Source of the DNA: a virus
DNA: 14,028 nucleotides
UHGV virus genome: UHGV-0127916
Strand: one strand, 5' to 3'
In this document: positions 7,172 to 14,028 of the stretch, piece by piece
How the letters are laid out: each line of letters opens with the position of its first letter
Position numbering within the stretch: position 1 is the stretch's first letter
Translations under genes and position numbers: made by a program
The notes under the pieces: model-generated
What the model was told of the DNA's origin: nothing
What the model saw: only the letters and a program-made list of their open reading frames with translations
The model's database searches: none

Positions 7172-8443
7172 CTATGGCGTTGTTTTACGCCTTAAATTTG
7201 ATTTTTTATTGATTGATAAGCCTTTCTCTATTTCAGGGTAGCGTAGAAGCTCAATATAGTTTTTAAGCTCTACTGGAGAAGCTGCATTCTTGCTATATGT
7301 GCGGAATGTCTCTGTATTGCCGCGTGTATGGCCCAGGAGAAGGGCGATCCTGTCTTCTGGAATTTGATTTCGATCAAGAAGCTGTGCTACTCCGTGTCTC
7401 AGAGAATGAAACACCTTCCTTTCTGTTCCCTTTTCCCCTAAAGCCTTTCGTTTAGCTCTTGTAAATCTCTGCGTGTGCCACGTGGAACGTTTACCATCAG
7501 CACGCTCTGTAATGCTGGCGTGATAGAACAAAAAGCCATTATGAGGCTTTTCACGAAGAGATAACACCAATGGAGTGATAAGGCTATGCACAGGCACAAG
7601 ACGTGCCGCAGCTTTCGTTTTTCCCTGTGTGATTTCAAAACACAGCACACCTTCGATCTCTTTCACATCGTCTATTGTGAGACTTGCTATCTCATTGATC
7701 CGCATACCTGTATACATTCCGATCAGTGTTATATTTTGCATTTCTTCTTCATCAGCCAGCATTGAGAACACTTTTGCGAGTTCATCATTGCTAAAGGCTT
7801 CATAATTCACCTTGCTACTTTTAGCTTCAAGGCCGTGACCTCGCCAAGGGTTATCTTGTGGTGCATCGTGGTAGCGGTTACGAGCAAGATCCCAAATCTG
7901 GGCTAATGCACTAATGTAGTTTTGTATTGTTTGTGGTGCTTTCTCATTTTTTAGGTTATCTAACCAGCTAGTAACAATAGTTCGGTTAACGTCACGAAGC
8001 TGAACATCGCGTTTATTCAGATGTTCTAAGAGCACCTCTACGGCTTTGTTTGTCTTTGATAGCGTAGTTAGCTTGCGCTTCTCGCTAAACTGGAGAATGT
8101 ACTGATCCCGCATATTTAAAAGAGAAGGGCAGCCAATAGAAGAATCATTAAATGATTCAGATACTTGAAATGCATATGTTCCAGCTTTCCGTAGTTCTGT
8201 AATAATTTGCTCGATCTTCGATGTTTTCTCACGTTGAGGCTTTAGCTTGTTACGTAGTTTTATCCATTCCAGCGCCACCGCATCACGGAACAACCGTGCT
8301 TCTCGAATATCTCTTGTGCCTGTGCTTTTAACGTAGCTACACCGCCCACCAAATAGATGACGCATATACTTAGGTATAGCGATCCTTACCAGATAGTTTC
8401 CGCAAGAATCTGAAATTAAATAACGATCTCTCTTGAAACTCAT
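7172..8443 (-). CDS. int: Tyrosine-type site-specific integrase, 423 aa
   Basis: The C-terminal half shows the tyrosine recombinase catalytic pattern: Arg in TGMRINE, HSLRH (H-x-x-R), LLGHTRGN and the Tyr in FRTYSK. It lies directly beside the tRNA-derived att core. Confidence 0.9.
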   Translation of the reverse strand: MSFKRDRYLISDSCGNYLVRIAIPKYMRHLFGGRCSYVKSTGTRDIREARLFRDAVALEWIKLRNKLKPQREKTSKIEQIITELRKAGTYAFQVSESFNDSSIGCPSLLNMRDQYILQFSEKRKLTTLSKTNKAVEVLLEHLNKRDVQLRDVNRTIVTSWLDNLKNEKAPQTIQNYISALAQIWDLARNRYHDAPQDNPWRGHGLEAKSSKVNYEAFSNDELAKVFSMLADEEEMQNITLIGMYTGMRINEIASLTIDDVKEIEGVLCFEITQGKTKAAARLVPVHSLITPLVLSLREKPHNGFLFYHASITERADGKRSTWHTQRFTRAKRKALGEKGTERKVFHSLRHGVAQLLDRNQIPEDRIALLLGHTRGNTETFRTYSKNAASPVELKNYIELLRYPEIEKGLSINKKSNLRRKTTP

Positions 8444-8564
8444 ACAAACCCCGGCTATTTTGTCAGGGCTTTTGCACTTGATAGTGTACAGTGTGAAGTG
8501 TCGATGTGTTGTTAGTTTTGCTTTTGATTCAAAGCATTACAGGAGCTTGCTAGGCAAGCGAACG

Positions 8565-8607
8565 ACCGTAGAAATACGTGCCGGTTCGAGTCCGGCCTTC
8601 GGCACCA
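8565..8607 (+). other. 3' fragment of a tRNA-Leu gene (leuX-like); attR-type core, not an intact tRNA
   Basis: ACCGTAGAAATACGTGCCGGTTCGAGTCCGGCCTTCGGCACCA contains a canonical T-arm (GCCGG / TTCGAGT / CCGGC), the acceptor 3' strand CTTCGGC, discriminator A and CCA. No complementary GCCGAAG 5' acceptor strand occurs within about 120 nt upstream. As I recall it, this matches the 3' end of enterobacterial tRNA-Leu(CAA). Confidence 0.6.
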
Positions 8608-8624
8608 CATCGTATGCAAATCGA

Positions 8625-8647
8625 GTCGCTCAAGGGCGGCTTTTTTT
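8625..8647 (+). terminator. Intrinsic terminator 17 nt after the tRNA 3' end (orphaned tRNA terminator)
   Basis: Stem GTCGC / GCGGC (one G-U pair) with loop TCAAGG, followed by T7 at 8641-8647. Confidence 0.5.
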
Positions 8648-8831
8648 GTGTCTGGGATCCGTTAGTTACCTATCTTTCTCGCTATTTTAACTCTCTCAGG
8701 GCTAACCAATTCCAACCCATCGCAAACGAAAAATGTTGGTACAGGCGTTGGTATTTTCGGTTCGATATTAATTTGTATTAGCTCAGTCCTGATCTGACAG
8801 CTATCTGCCAGATCAGGTTCGGATTAATACA

Positions 8832-11800
8832 TTATATCTGCCCGCCTACACCTTTAAACTTCTCAATAAACGCGACGATCTTCTGGAAAACCGTCTGTTT
8901 TTTCGTCTTATATTGCGGATTTAACGGACTGAGTTTTGGCAATGTCTCGTTTAATTCCGTGCCATTTTCGGTGGCGTATTCACGTTTTAAAGACGTGCGA
9001 ATATAGCGTTTCGCCGCCTCTTCATTGAGATTTTCTTCTTTGATCAATGCTGCTGCTTCACGTTGCTGTTCACGTTGAGCAAAGGTAAAAAACGCGTCAA
9101 TGATGCTGGCTTTATCCGGCAAATCATCCAGGTTCGTTTGCTGAATAAAATCGACCACCAGACCCTCTTTCGCACGGTTCCCAAGGCTTGAACGAATTAA
9201 GCGTTTGACCTCTTCGGTCATTTCGCCCTTACCTTTGTTTTGTCTGTTGTGTTCGAAAATAAGTCCAAGGATATAATCCAGGTTTATTTCCTGAGACTTC
9301 AGCAAATCGACCTCAAAAACAACGTCATCCCAGTCAGTGGTTGATTTTTCTTTTTTCTCGGCTTCTTTCTCACGGCGCTGCCAGTCACGAATATCGTTAT
9401 AGGCAGAACGATAATCCTGAATCTTGCGAGCAGCAGGGAGACGAATTGTTTGCAATTCAGCGAGCTTTTCATCATCCACATAATGTTCTGCTTTGAATTT
9501 TTCTACCGCAACAGGATCGCTAAGATCGATTTGTTGCAGGGCTTTCAGCGTGGCAAATTCATCATAGTTTTGCAGGATGTTCTCGGCACGCAGGTATTCA
9601 CCAAACAGTTTAACGAAGTCTTTCTTCTCTTTTTCACTTTCAATACTGGCAGGGTCAGGGAACCGTTGTTCCAGTTCTGAAACTACTGTCATAAAGCCGC
9701 GTTTAGCTTCACCGGTGGTAGCATCAGTAAAGCCTTCCATATACTCTGCATAACTCTTTTCTAACACCACATTTTTGGTGTTTTTGTCACCAAACAGCGT
9801 TATGGCATCAATAGTTGAGCGTTCCAGATCCCGAAAAGTGACGATGTTACCGAAGGTTTTCGTAGCGTCATAAATGCGGTTGGTGCGGGAAAATGCCTGC
9901 ATCAGGCCGTGAAAACGCAGGTTTTTATCAACGAATAGCGTGTTCAATGTTGGAGCATCGAATCCGGTTAAAAACATCCCCACAACGATTAACAAGTCAA
10001 CATCCTGATTTTTAACCCGCTGAGCCAGGTCCCGATAGTAGTTCTGAAACCCCTTGCTATCAGTGCTGAAATTCATTTGAAAATGTTCGTTATACTCACG
10101 AATAGCGGCATCCAGAAACTCTTTAGCACTGCTGTCCATTGCACTGGTATCAAAAGTTTCATCGGAAACTTCACCAATGGCATTTTGTTCTTCATTAGCG
10201 GCAAAGGAGAAGATTGTCGCAACACGTAGTGGTTTATAGGTAGCAGATTTATTAGCGGCTTCCTCTTGTAACCGTTTAAACGTCGCGTAATAGGCTTTCG
10301 CGGCATCCACGCTGCTCACTGCCAGCATGGCATTAAAACCTTTGGAGCCGGGGTAAGTACGGTGGGTCTTCTGGCGGAAGTTGTTCAGGATATATTGCGT
10401 GATTTCCTGAATACGCATGGGATGAAGAAACGCCTGCTGATTTTCAGCCGCACTCAGTTTTTTCTCGTCAGTTTCTGTCTCTAAAGACTTAAACTGTGGC
10501 CGCACATCGTTGTAGTCCACCTTGAATTTGAGCACTTTTTCATCACGGATCGCATCGGTAATCACATACGAATGCAATTCACGGCCAAATACGCTGGCAG
10601 TCGTTTCTGAGCCTAAAGCGTTTTCCGGGAAAATAGGGGTACCGGTAAAACCAAACTGATAATAGCGTTTGAATTTCTTCTTCAGGTTTTTCTGCGCTTC
10701 TCCAAACTGGCTGCGGTGGCATTCATCAAATATAAACACCACTTGCTGATTGTATACAGGCAGGTCGCTTTCTGCTTTCATCAGGTTATTAAGTTTCTGA
10801 ATAGTGGTGACGATAATTTTGTTATCGTCCTTATCCAGATTTCGTTTTAGACCTGCGGTATTTTCCGAGCCGTTGACGCTGTCTGGCGAAAAACGCTGAT
10901 ATTCCTTCATGGTCTGGTAATCGAGGTCTTTCCTGTCGACCACAAAGAAAACTTTATCAATAAAGTCCAGTTCTGTTGCCAGCCGCGCGGCTTTAAAGCT
11001 GGTGAGGGTTTTACCAGAACCGGTAGTGTGCCATATAAAGCCACCGCTTTCGGGGTTAGACCAGTTTTTCGCTTTATAGGAGCTGTTGATTTTCCATAAG
11101 ATTCGTTCGGTAGCTGCAATCTGGTACGGTCGCATCACCAGTAGTGTCTGGCTACTGTCAAACACGCTGTAGTTCACCAGAACATTAAGCAGGGTATGTT
11201 TCTGGAAAAAGGTAGCGGTAAAGTCTTTGAGGTCTTTTATCAGCGTGTTGTCTGATTTCGCCCAGTTCATGGTGAAGTCAAAACTGTTTTTATCGCGCTT
11301 TGTGGTGTTGGCAAAATAACGGGTATCTGTGCCGTTAGAAATGACAAACAGTTGCAGATACTTAAACAGGGAATTTTCGCTGTTAAAACTCTCTTTACTG
11401 TAACGATGTATCTGGTTAAAGGCCTCACGAATCGCCACGCCGCGCTTTTTCAGTTCGATTTGTACCAGTGGTAAGCCATTAACCAGGATCGTGACGTCAT
11501 AACGGTTAGCATGAGAACCCGCCTGTTCAAACTGCTGGATAATCTGCACCTTATTGCGCATGAGATTCTTTTTATCTATCAGATAGATGTTCTCAAGACG
11601 CTCGTCATCAAAAATAAAGTCGCAAATATAGTCGATATGGATTTTACGGGTCTTATCCAGAATGCCATCGCTCGGGTTATCCAGATACTGCTCCGTGAAA
11701 CGCCGCCACTCGCTGTCATTAAACACCACACCATTGAGGCTCTGAAGCTGTTCCCGAACGTTGGCCAGCATCGCTGACTGTGATTTTACGGGTATAAATT

Positions 11801-11948
11801 CATAGCCCTGATTTTGCAGGTCCTGAATCAGTTCACGTTCCAGGTCCGATTCGCTCTGGTAGCTGTCGCCTGTTGGCTCAGCTTTGATGTACTTATCAAG
11901 AACGATAAAGTTATTGGATTCAGCAATGGTGTGTGTCTGATGAGTCAT
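8832..11948 (-). CDS. hsdR: Type I restriction enzyme R subunit (HsdR), 1038 aa; type IC/EcoR124-like by recollection
   Basis: PD-(D/E)xK nuclease motif (D...VQIELKK), helicase motif I TTGSGKT and motif II FIFDECH. The length and the N-terminus [14 protein letters not shown] match my recollection of EcoR124I HsdR. RBS AAGGA precedes the ATG. Confidence 0.95.
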   Translation of the reverse strand: MTHQTHTIAESNNFIVLDKYIKAEPTGDSYQSESDLERELIQDLQNQGYEFIPVKSQSAMLANVREQLQSLNGVVFNDSEWRRFTEQYLDNPSDGILDKTRKIHIDYICDFIFDDERLENIYLIDKKNLMRNKVQIIQQFEQAGSHANRYDVTILVNGLPLVQIELKKRGVAIREAFNQIHRYSKESFNSENSLFKYLQLFVISNGTDTRYFANTTKRDKNSFDFTMNWAKSDNTLIKDLKDFTATFFQKHTLLNVLVNYSVFDSSQTLLVMRPYQIAATERILWKINSSYKAKNWSNPESGGFIWHTTGSGKTLTSFKAARLATELDFIDKVFFVVDRKDLDYQTMKEYQRFSPDSVNGSENTAGLKRNLDKDDNKIIVTTIQKLNNLMKAESDLPVYNQQVVFIFDECHRSQFGEAQKNLKKKFKRYYQFGFTGTPIFPENALGSETTASVFGRELHSYVITDAIRDEKVLKFKVDYNDVRPQFKSLETETDEKKLSAAENQQAFLHPMRIQEITQYILNNFRQKTHRTYPGSKGFNAMLAVSSVDAAKAYYATFKRLQEEAANKSATYKPLRVATIFSFAANEEQNAIGEVSDETFDTSAMDSSAKEFLDAAIREYNEHFQMNFSTDSKGFQNYYRDLAQRVKNQDVDLLIVVGMFLTGFDAPTLNTLFVDKNLRFHGLMQAFSRTNRIYDATKTFGNIVTFRDLERSTIDAITLFGDKNTKNVVLEKSYAEYMEGFTDATTGEAKRGFMTVVSELEQRFPDPASIESEKEKKDFVKLFGEYLRAENILQNYDEFATLKALQQIDLSDPVAVEKFKAEHYVDDEKLAELQTIRLPAARKIQDYRSAYNDIRDWQRREKEAEKKEKSTTDWDDVVFEVDLLKSQEINLDYILGLIFEHNRQNKGKGEMTEEVKRLIRSSLGNRAKEGLVVDFIQQTNLDDLPDKASIIDAFFTFAQREQQREAAALIKEENLNEEAAKRYIRTSLKREYATENGTELNETLPKLSPLNPQYKTKKQTVFQKIVAFIEKFKGVGGQI

Positions 11949-12069
11949 AGCGCATCCTTTGTGCCGTCTGGCAAGGACCGGAAGGGGGGTAATGGTGACT
12001 TCCGGCGCGTAAAAAATAGTCTATATACTGACCGGGCGTTAAGGTGGCCCGATCGGTAGCAATGGTCAA

Positions 12070-12594
12070 TTAATTACTGACAGTTTCAGGTTTCGGGAAA
12101 CTGAACAGTAAATCACGGTAGTATTCGTATTGTTTCTGGCGCAACTCGATTTCACGCGGAAGACCTTCAGTGATGGAGTTGGTCAGGGTGTCGAATTTAT
12201 CGAGTATTTCGACAATGCGAGCTTGCCAGGTGAGTGGCGGTACAGGGATTGGGTATTTCATTATATCCTCTTTACTGCCACGCGGCATTTTTGCTCCTTT
12301 AGCATGCTGCATGTTGTATTCAAAGAATTTGTCATCTGCCAAAATCTGATATAGATATCTGGTATTTATTGAGCTATCTATGCAACGAATAACCAATACA
12401 TCGCCATTTGTTCCACCGATACAATCTGCTTGCCAAATTTTTTTCAAATATGGGCGGATATTCCCAATCAATATATCGTTAGGTATAAACTCCGTTAATT
12501 TACCTGATGTCGGTACATGATTAGATAATGATTTTCCTGCTCTGTTTTGCAGCAGATTATCTACGCCAACATAGATGATATGACCTTTATATAC
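12070..12594 (-). pseudogene. hsdS: Truncated hsdS: C-terminal ~174 codons (TRD2 plus conserved C-terminal helix) of a type I specificity subunit
   Basis: The frame is open from 12594 down to the stop at 12070-12072. The translation ...NDILIGNIRPYLKKIW...YPIPVPPLTWQARIVEILDKF...LRQKQYEYYRDLLFSF carries HsdS target-recognition-domain and C-terminal motifs. The N-terminal half is missing; the frame hits a stop at 12595-12597 inside the IS-proximal sequence. The ORF-track start at 12471 is a TTG. Confidence 0.75.
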
Positions 12595-14024
12595 TCACTA
12601 TAGCATTGGTGGGATATTCCAGAGGAGGTCATCATGCATTCGGAAAATATTGCGGCTTACGTCGGGCTGGATGTGCATAAAGAAACGTTGGCGGTTGCTA
12701 TTGCTGCACCTGAACGGCTTGGCGAAGTTCGTTATTATGGTACGATTAACAACGAAGCCCAGGCTGTACGTCGATTATTTCAGAAATTGCAGGGACTTTA
12801 CGGAAACATTCTTTCCTGCTATGAGGCTGGCCCCTGTGGTTTTGGGCTATATCATCAACTCACAGCGATGAATATAAAATGCCAGGTTATTGCCCCTTCC
12901 CGCATACCAAAATCACCGACAGACAGAATCAAAAATGATCATCGGGACGCAATTTCTCTCGCCAGGTTACTGCGGGCTGGAGAACTTACCCCTGTCTGGA
13001 TCCCTGACCTGACTCATGAAGCTATGCGGGATCTAATCAGAGCCCGTGCAGCAGCTAAACGAGACAGCAGAGTTGCCCGACAGCGAATTCTGAGCATGCT
13101 ATTGCGAACAGACAAACATTATGCAGGAAAGCACTGGACAGGAAAACATCGAACCTGGTTAGCTAATCAATCATTTAGTCAGCCATCTCAACAGATTGCT
13201 TTTCAACACTATTGTCAAAGTCTGGAGCAGATTGAAGATCGCATACTTCAACTCGACCAGGAAATATCTCGCCTGTTACCTGAGTGGTCTCTGTGCAATC
13301 TGGTCTGCCAGTTGCAGGCTCTTAAAGGTGTTGGTCAGCTAATTGCAATAACTCTGGTTGCTGAACTGGGTGATTTTTCGCGATTTTCCAATCCCAAACA
13401 GCTCATGGCTTTTCTGGGACTGGTGCCAGGTGAATATTCCAGTGGAAACAGTATTCGTCCCAGAGGAATAACAAAAGTTGGAAACAGCGAACTGAGACGT
13501 CTGCTTTACGAAGCCGCCTGGTCTTATCGTACACCTGCAAAAGTTGGGGCATGGCTTATATATTACCGACCGGACTCTGTAACACAATATTCCAAAGATA
13601 TTGCATGGAAAGCTCAACAACGATTGTGTTCTCGTTACCGAAGTCTGACAGCAAAAGGGAAAAAATCACAAGTAGCCATTACGGCGGTGGCTCGTGAGTT
13701 GACTGGATTTATGTGGGATATTGCACTTGCTGCCCAATCATCATTCAGTCAGCAGAAGCAAAATTAAACCCTGAAGCAGTCAGACACGGAATGAGTGATC
13801 CTCGTAAAAGAATTCAGGGAAGCCAGAATGCGCTAATACCTGCACGTAGAAAGAGGCCAGCTCACTGCGTAAATCGTCATGGGGCTAAAATCCCCGAATA
13901 AGAGTTTGTAAAATCCAAGATACAGTCTGACTGTTTCAGGTTCTTTAATCCGCGATATAACGAAGCTCCCGGAGCTGCGTAAGGTCTTTTTGGGCTTAAT
14001 ATTTGACAAAGGTCATAAGAATTC
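12572..14024 (+). mobile_element. IS110-family insertion sequence (IS1111-like layout); boundaries approximate
   Basis: Contains the DEDD transposase gene. A 10-bp inverted repeat TATGACCTTT (12579-12588) / AAAGGTCATA (14008-14017) brackets it. It has a short 5' end and a non-coding 3' end of at least 240 bp, and it interrupts hsdS. Confidence 0.6.
12634..13767 (+). CDS. IS110-family transposase/recombinase (DEDD RuvC-like N-domain plus C-terminal Tnp domain), 377 aa
   Basis: N-terminus YVGLDVHKETLAVAI and C-terminal LKGVGQLIAITLVAELGDFSRFSNPKQLMAFLGLVPGEYSSGNSIRPRGITKVGNSELRRLLYEAAW are hallmark IS110-family segments. GAGGAGG RBS lies 5 nt before the ATG. Confidence 0.95.
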   Translation: MHSENIAAYVGLDVHKETLAVAIAAPERLGEVRYYGTINNEAQAVRRLFQKLQGLYGNILSCYEAGPCGFGLYHQLTAMNIKCQVIAPSRIPKSPTDRIKNDHRDAISLARLLRAGELTPVWIPDLTHEAMRDLIRARAAAKRDSRVARQRILSMLLRTDKHYAGKHWTGKHRTWLANQSFSQPSQQIAFQHYCQSLEQIEDRILQLDQEISRLLPEWSLCNLVCQLQALKGVGQLIAITLVAELGDFSRFSNPKQLMAFLGLVPGEYSSGNSIRPRGITKVGNSELRRLLYEAAWSYRTPAKVGAWLIYYRPDSVTQYSKDIAWKAQQRLCSRYRSLTAKGKKSQVAITAVARELTGFMWDIALAAQSSFSQQKQN

Positions 14025-14028
14025 TTTT

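Larger units (their letters stand above)
1..8607. mobile_element. Right arm of an integrated AT-rich mobile element (prophage- or satellite-like island) ending at a tRNA-derived att core; left end lies outside the window
   Basis: Dense same-strand array of small genes with RBSs, a terminal tyrosine integrase gene, and a tRNA 3' fragment at 8565-8607. The region is visibly more AT-rich than the hsdR/IS region to its right (judged by eye, not computed). Confidence 0.55.

Noticed and set aside
7438-7805. ORFs 7438..7650 (-) and 7575..7805 (+) inside the integrase gene
   Set aside because: Alternative-frame and antisense artefacts within a gene that has clear catalytic motifs.
8520-8607. A complete tRNA gene
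   Set aside because: The 3' acceptor strand CTTCGGC has no complementary GCCGAAG 5' strand in the 120 nt upstream, and a 30-nt unrelated insert separates the anticodon-like motif from the 3' half. It is called a fragment instead.
2329-8771. 13-bp direct repeat GGTTCGATATTAA at 2329-2341 and 8759-8771
   Set aside because: About one exact 13-mer repeat is expected by chance in 14 kb; the flanks do not extend the match, and the positions do not correspond to plausible element ends.
8433-8781. Plus-strand ORFs 8433..8690 and 8578..8781 from the six-frame track
   Set aside because: They run across the tRNA fragment, its terminator and non-coding junction DNA, and have no RBS; they are frame artefacts.
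8750-8831. tRNA-like motifs (TAGCTCAG, GGTTCGGATTA) between the tRNA terminator and the hsdR stop
   Set aside because: I could not assemble them into a cloverleaf with paired acceptor, D or T stems; possibly a decayed remnant, but not supportable.
9299-12354. Short ORFs within or antisense to hsdR and hsdS (9299..9481, 9450..9680, 10073..10306, 10907..11119, 11511..11777, 11814..12059, 12130..12354)
   Set aside because: They are nested in or antisense to genes with strong motif support.
12650-13901. ORFs 12650..12871 (+), 13339..13620 (-) and 13713..13901 (+) in the IS
   Set aside because: The first two are alternative-frame or antisense within the transposase gene. The third spans the transposase stop and the 3' non-coding end, which is better explained as regulatory or RNA-coding.
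1-14028. CRISPR array, rRNA genes, retron or DGR-type elements
   Set aside because: No regularly spaced direct repeats and no reverse-transcriptase or Cas-like ORF are present. The only short tandem repeats are the 7-bp heptads at 8483-8510.

Overview
The window has three parts. (1) Positions 1 to about 8607 are the right arm of an AT-rich integrated element that looks phage- or satellite-like. It carries a partial upstream gene, a small RHH-type protein, an HTH-domain protein, three small hypothetical genes, then a near-consensus sigma70 promoter with a roughly 220-nt leader ending in an intrinsic terminator. Behind that sits a six-gene rightward operon (70, 120, 342, 67, 609 and 237 aa) that converges on a leftward tyrosine integrase. 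The element ends in a 43-nt 3' fragment of a tRNA-Leu followed by a tRNA-type terminator, which I read as the attR junction. (2) Positions 8832-12594 hold a type I restriction-modification remnant on the minus strand: an intact hsdR (1038 aa, type IC/EcoR124-like by recollection) preceded by only the C-terminal ~174 codons of hsdS. (3) From about 12572 to the window end is an IS110-family insertion sequence (377-aa transposase) that truncates hsdS and has a long 3' non-coding end. No rRNA, intact tRNA or CRISPR array was seen. The strongest candidates for something undescribed are the leader-controlled operon of unknown function and the possible guide RNA in the IS 3' end. All functional calls rest on reading the sequence and on remembered family features; no database search or computation was run.
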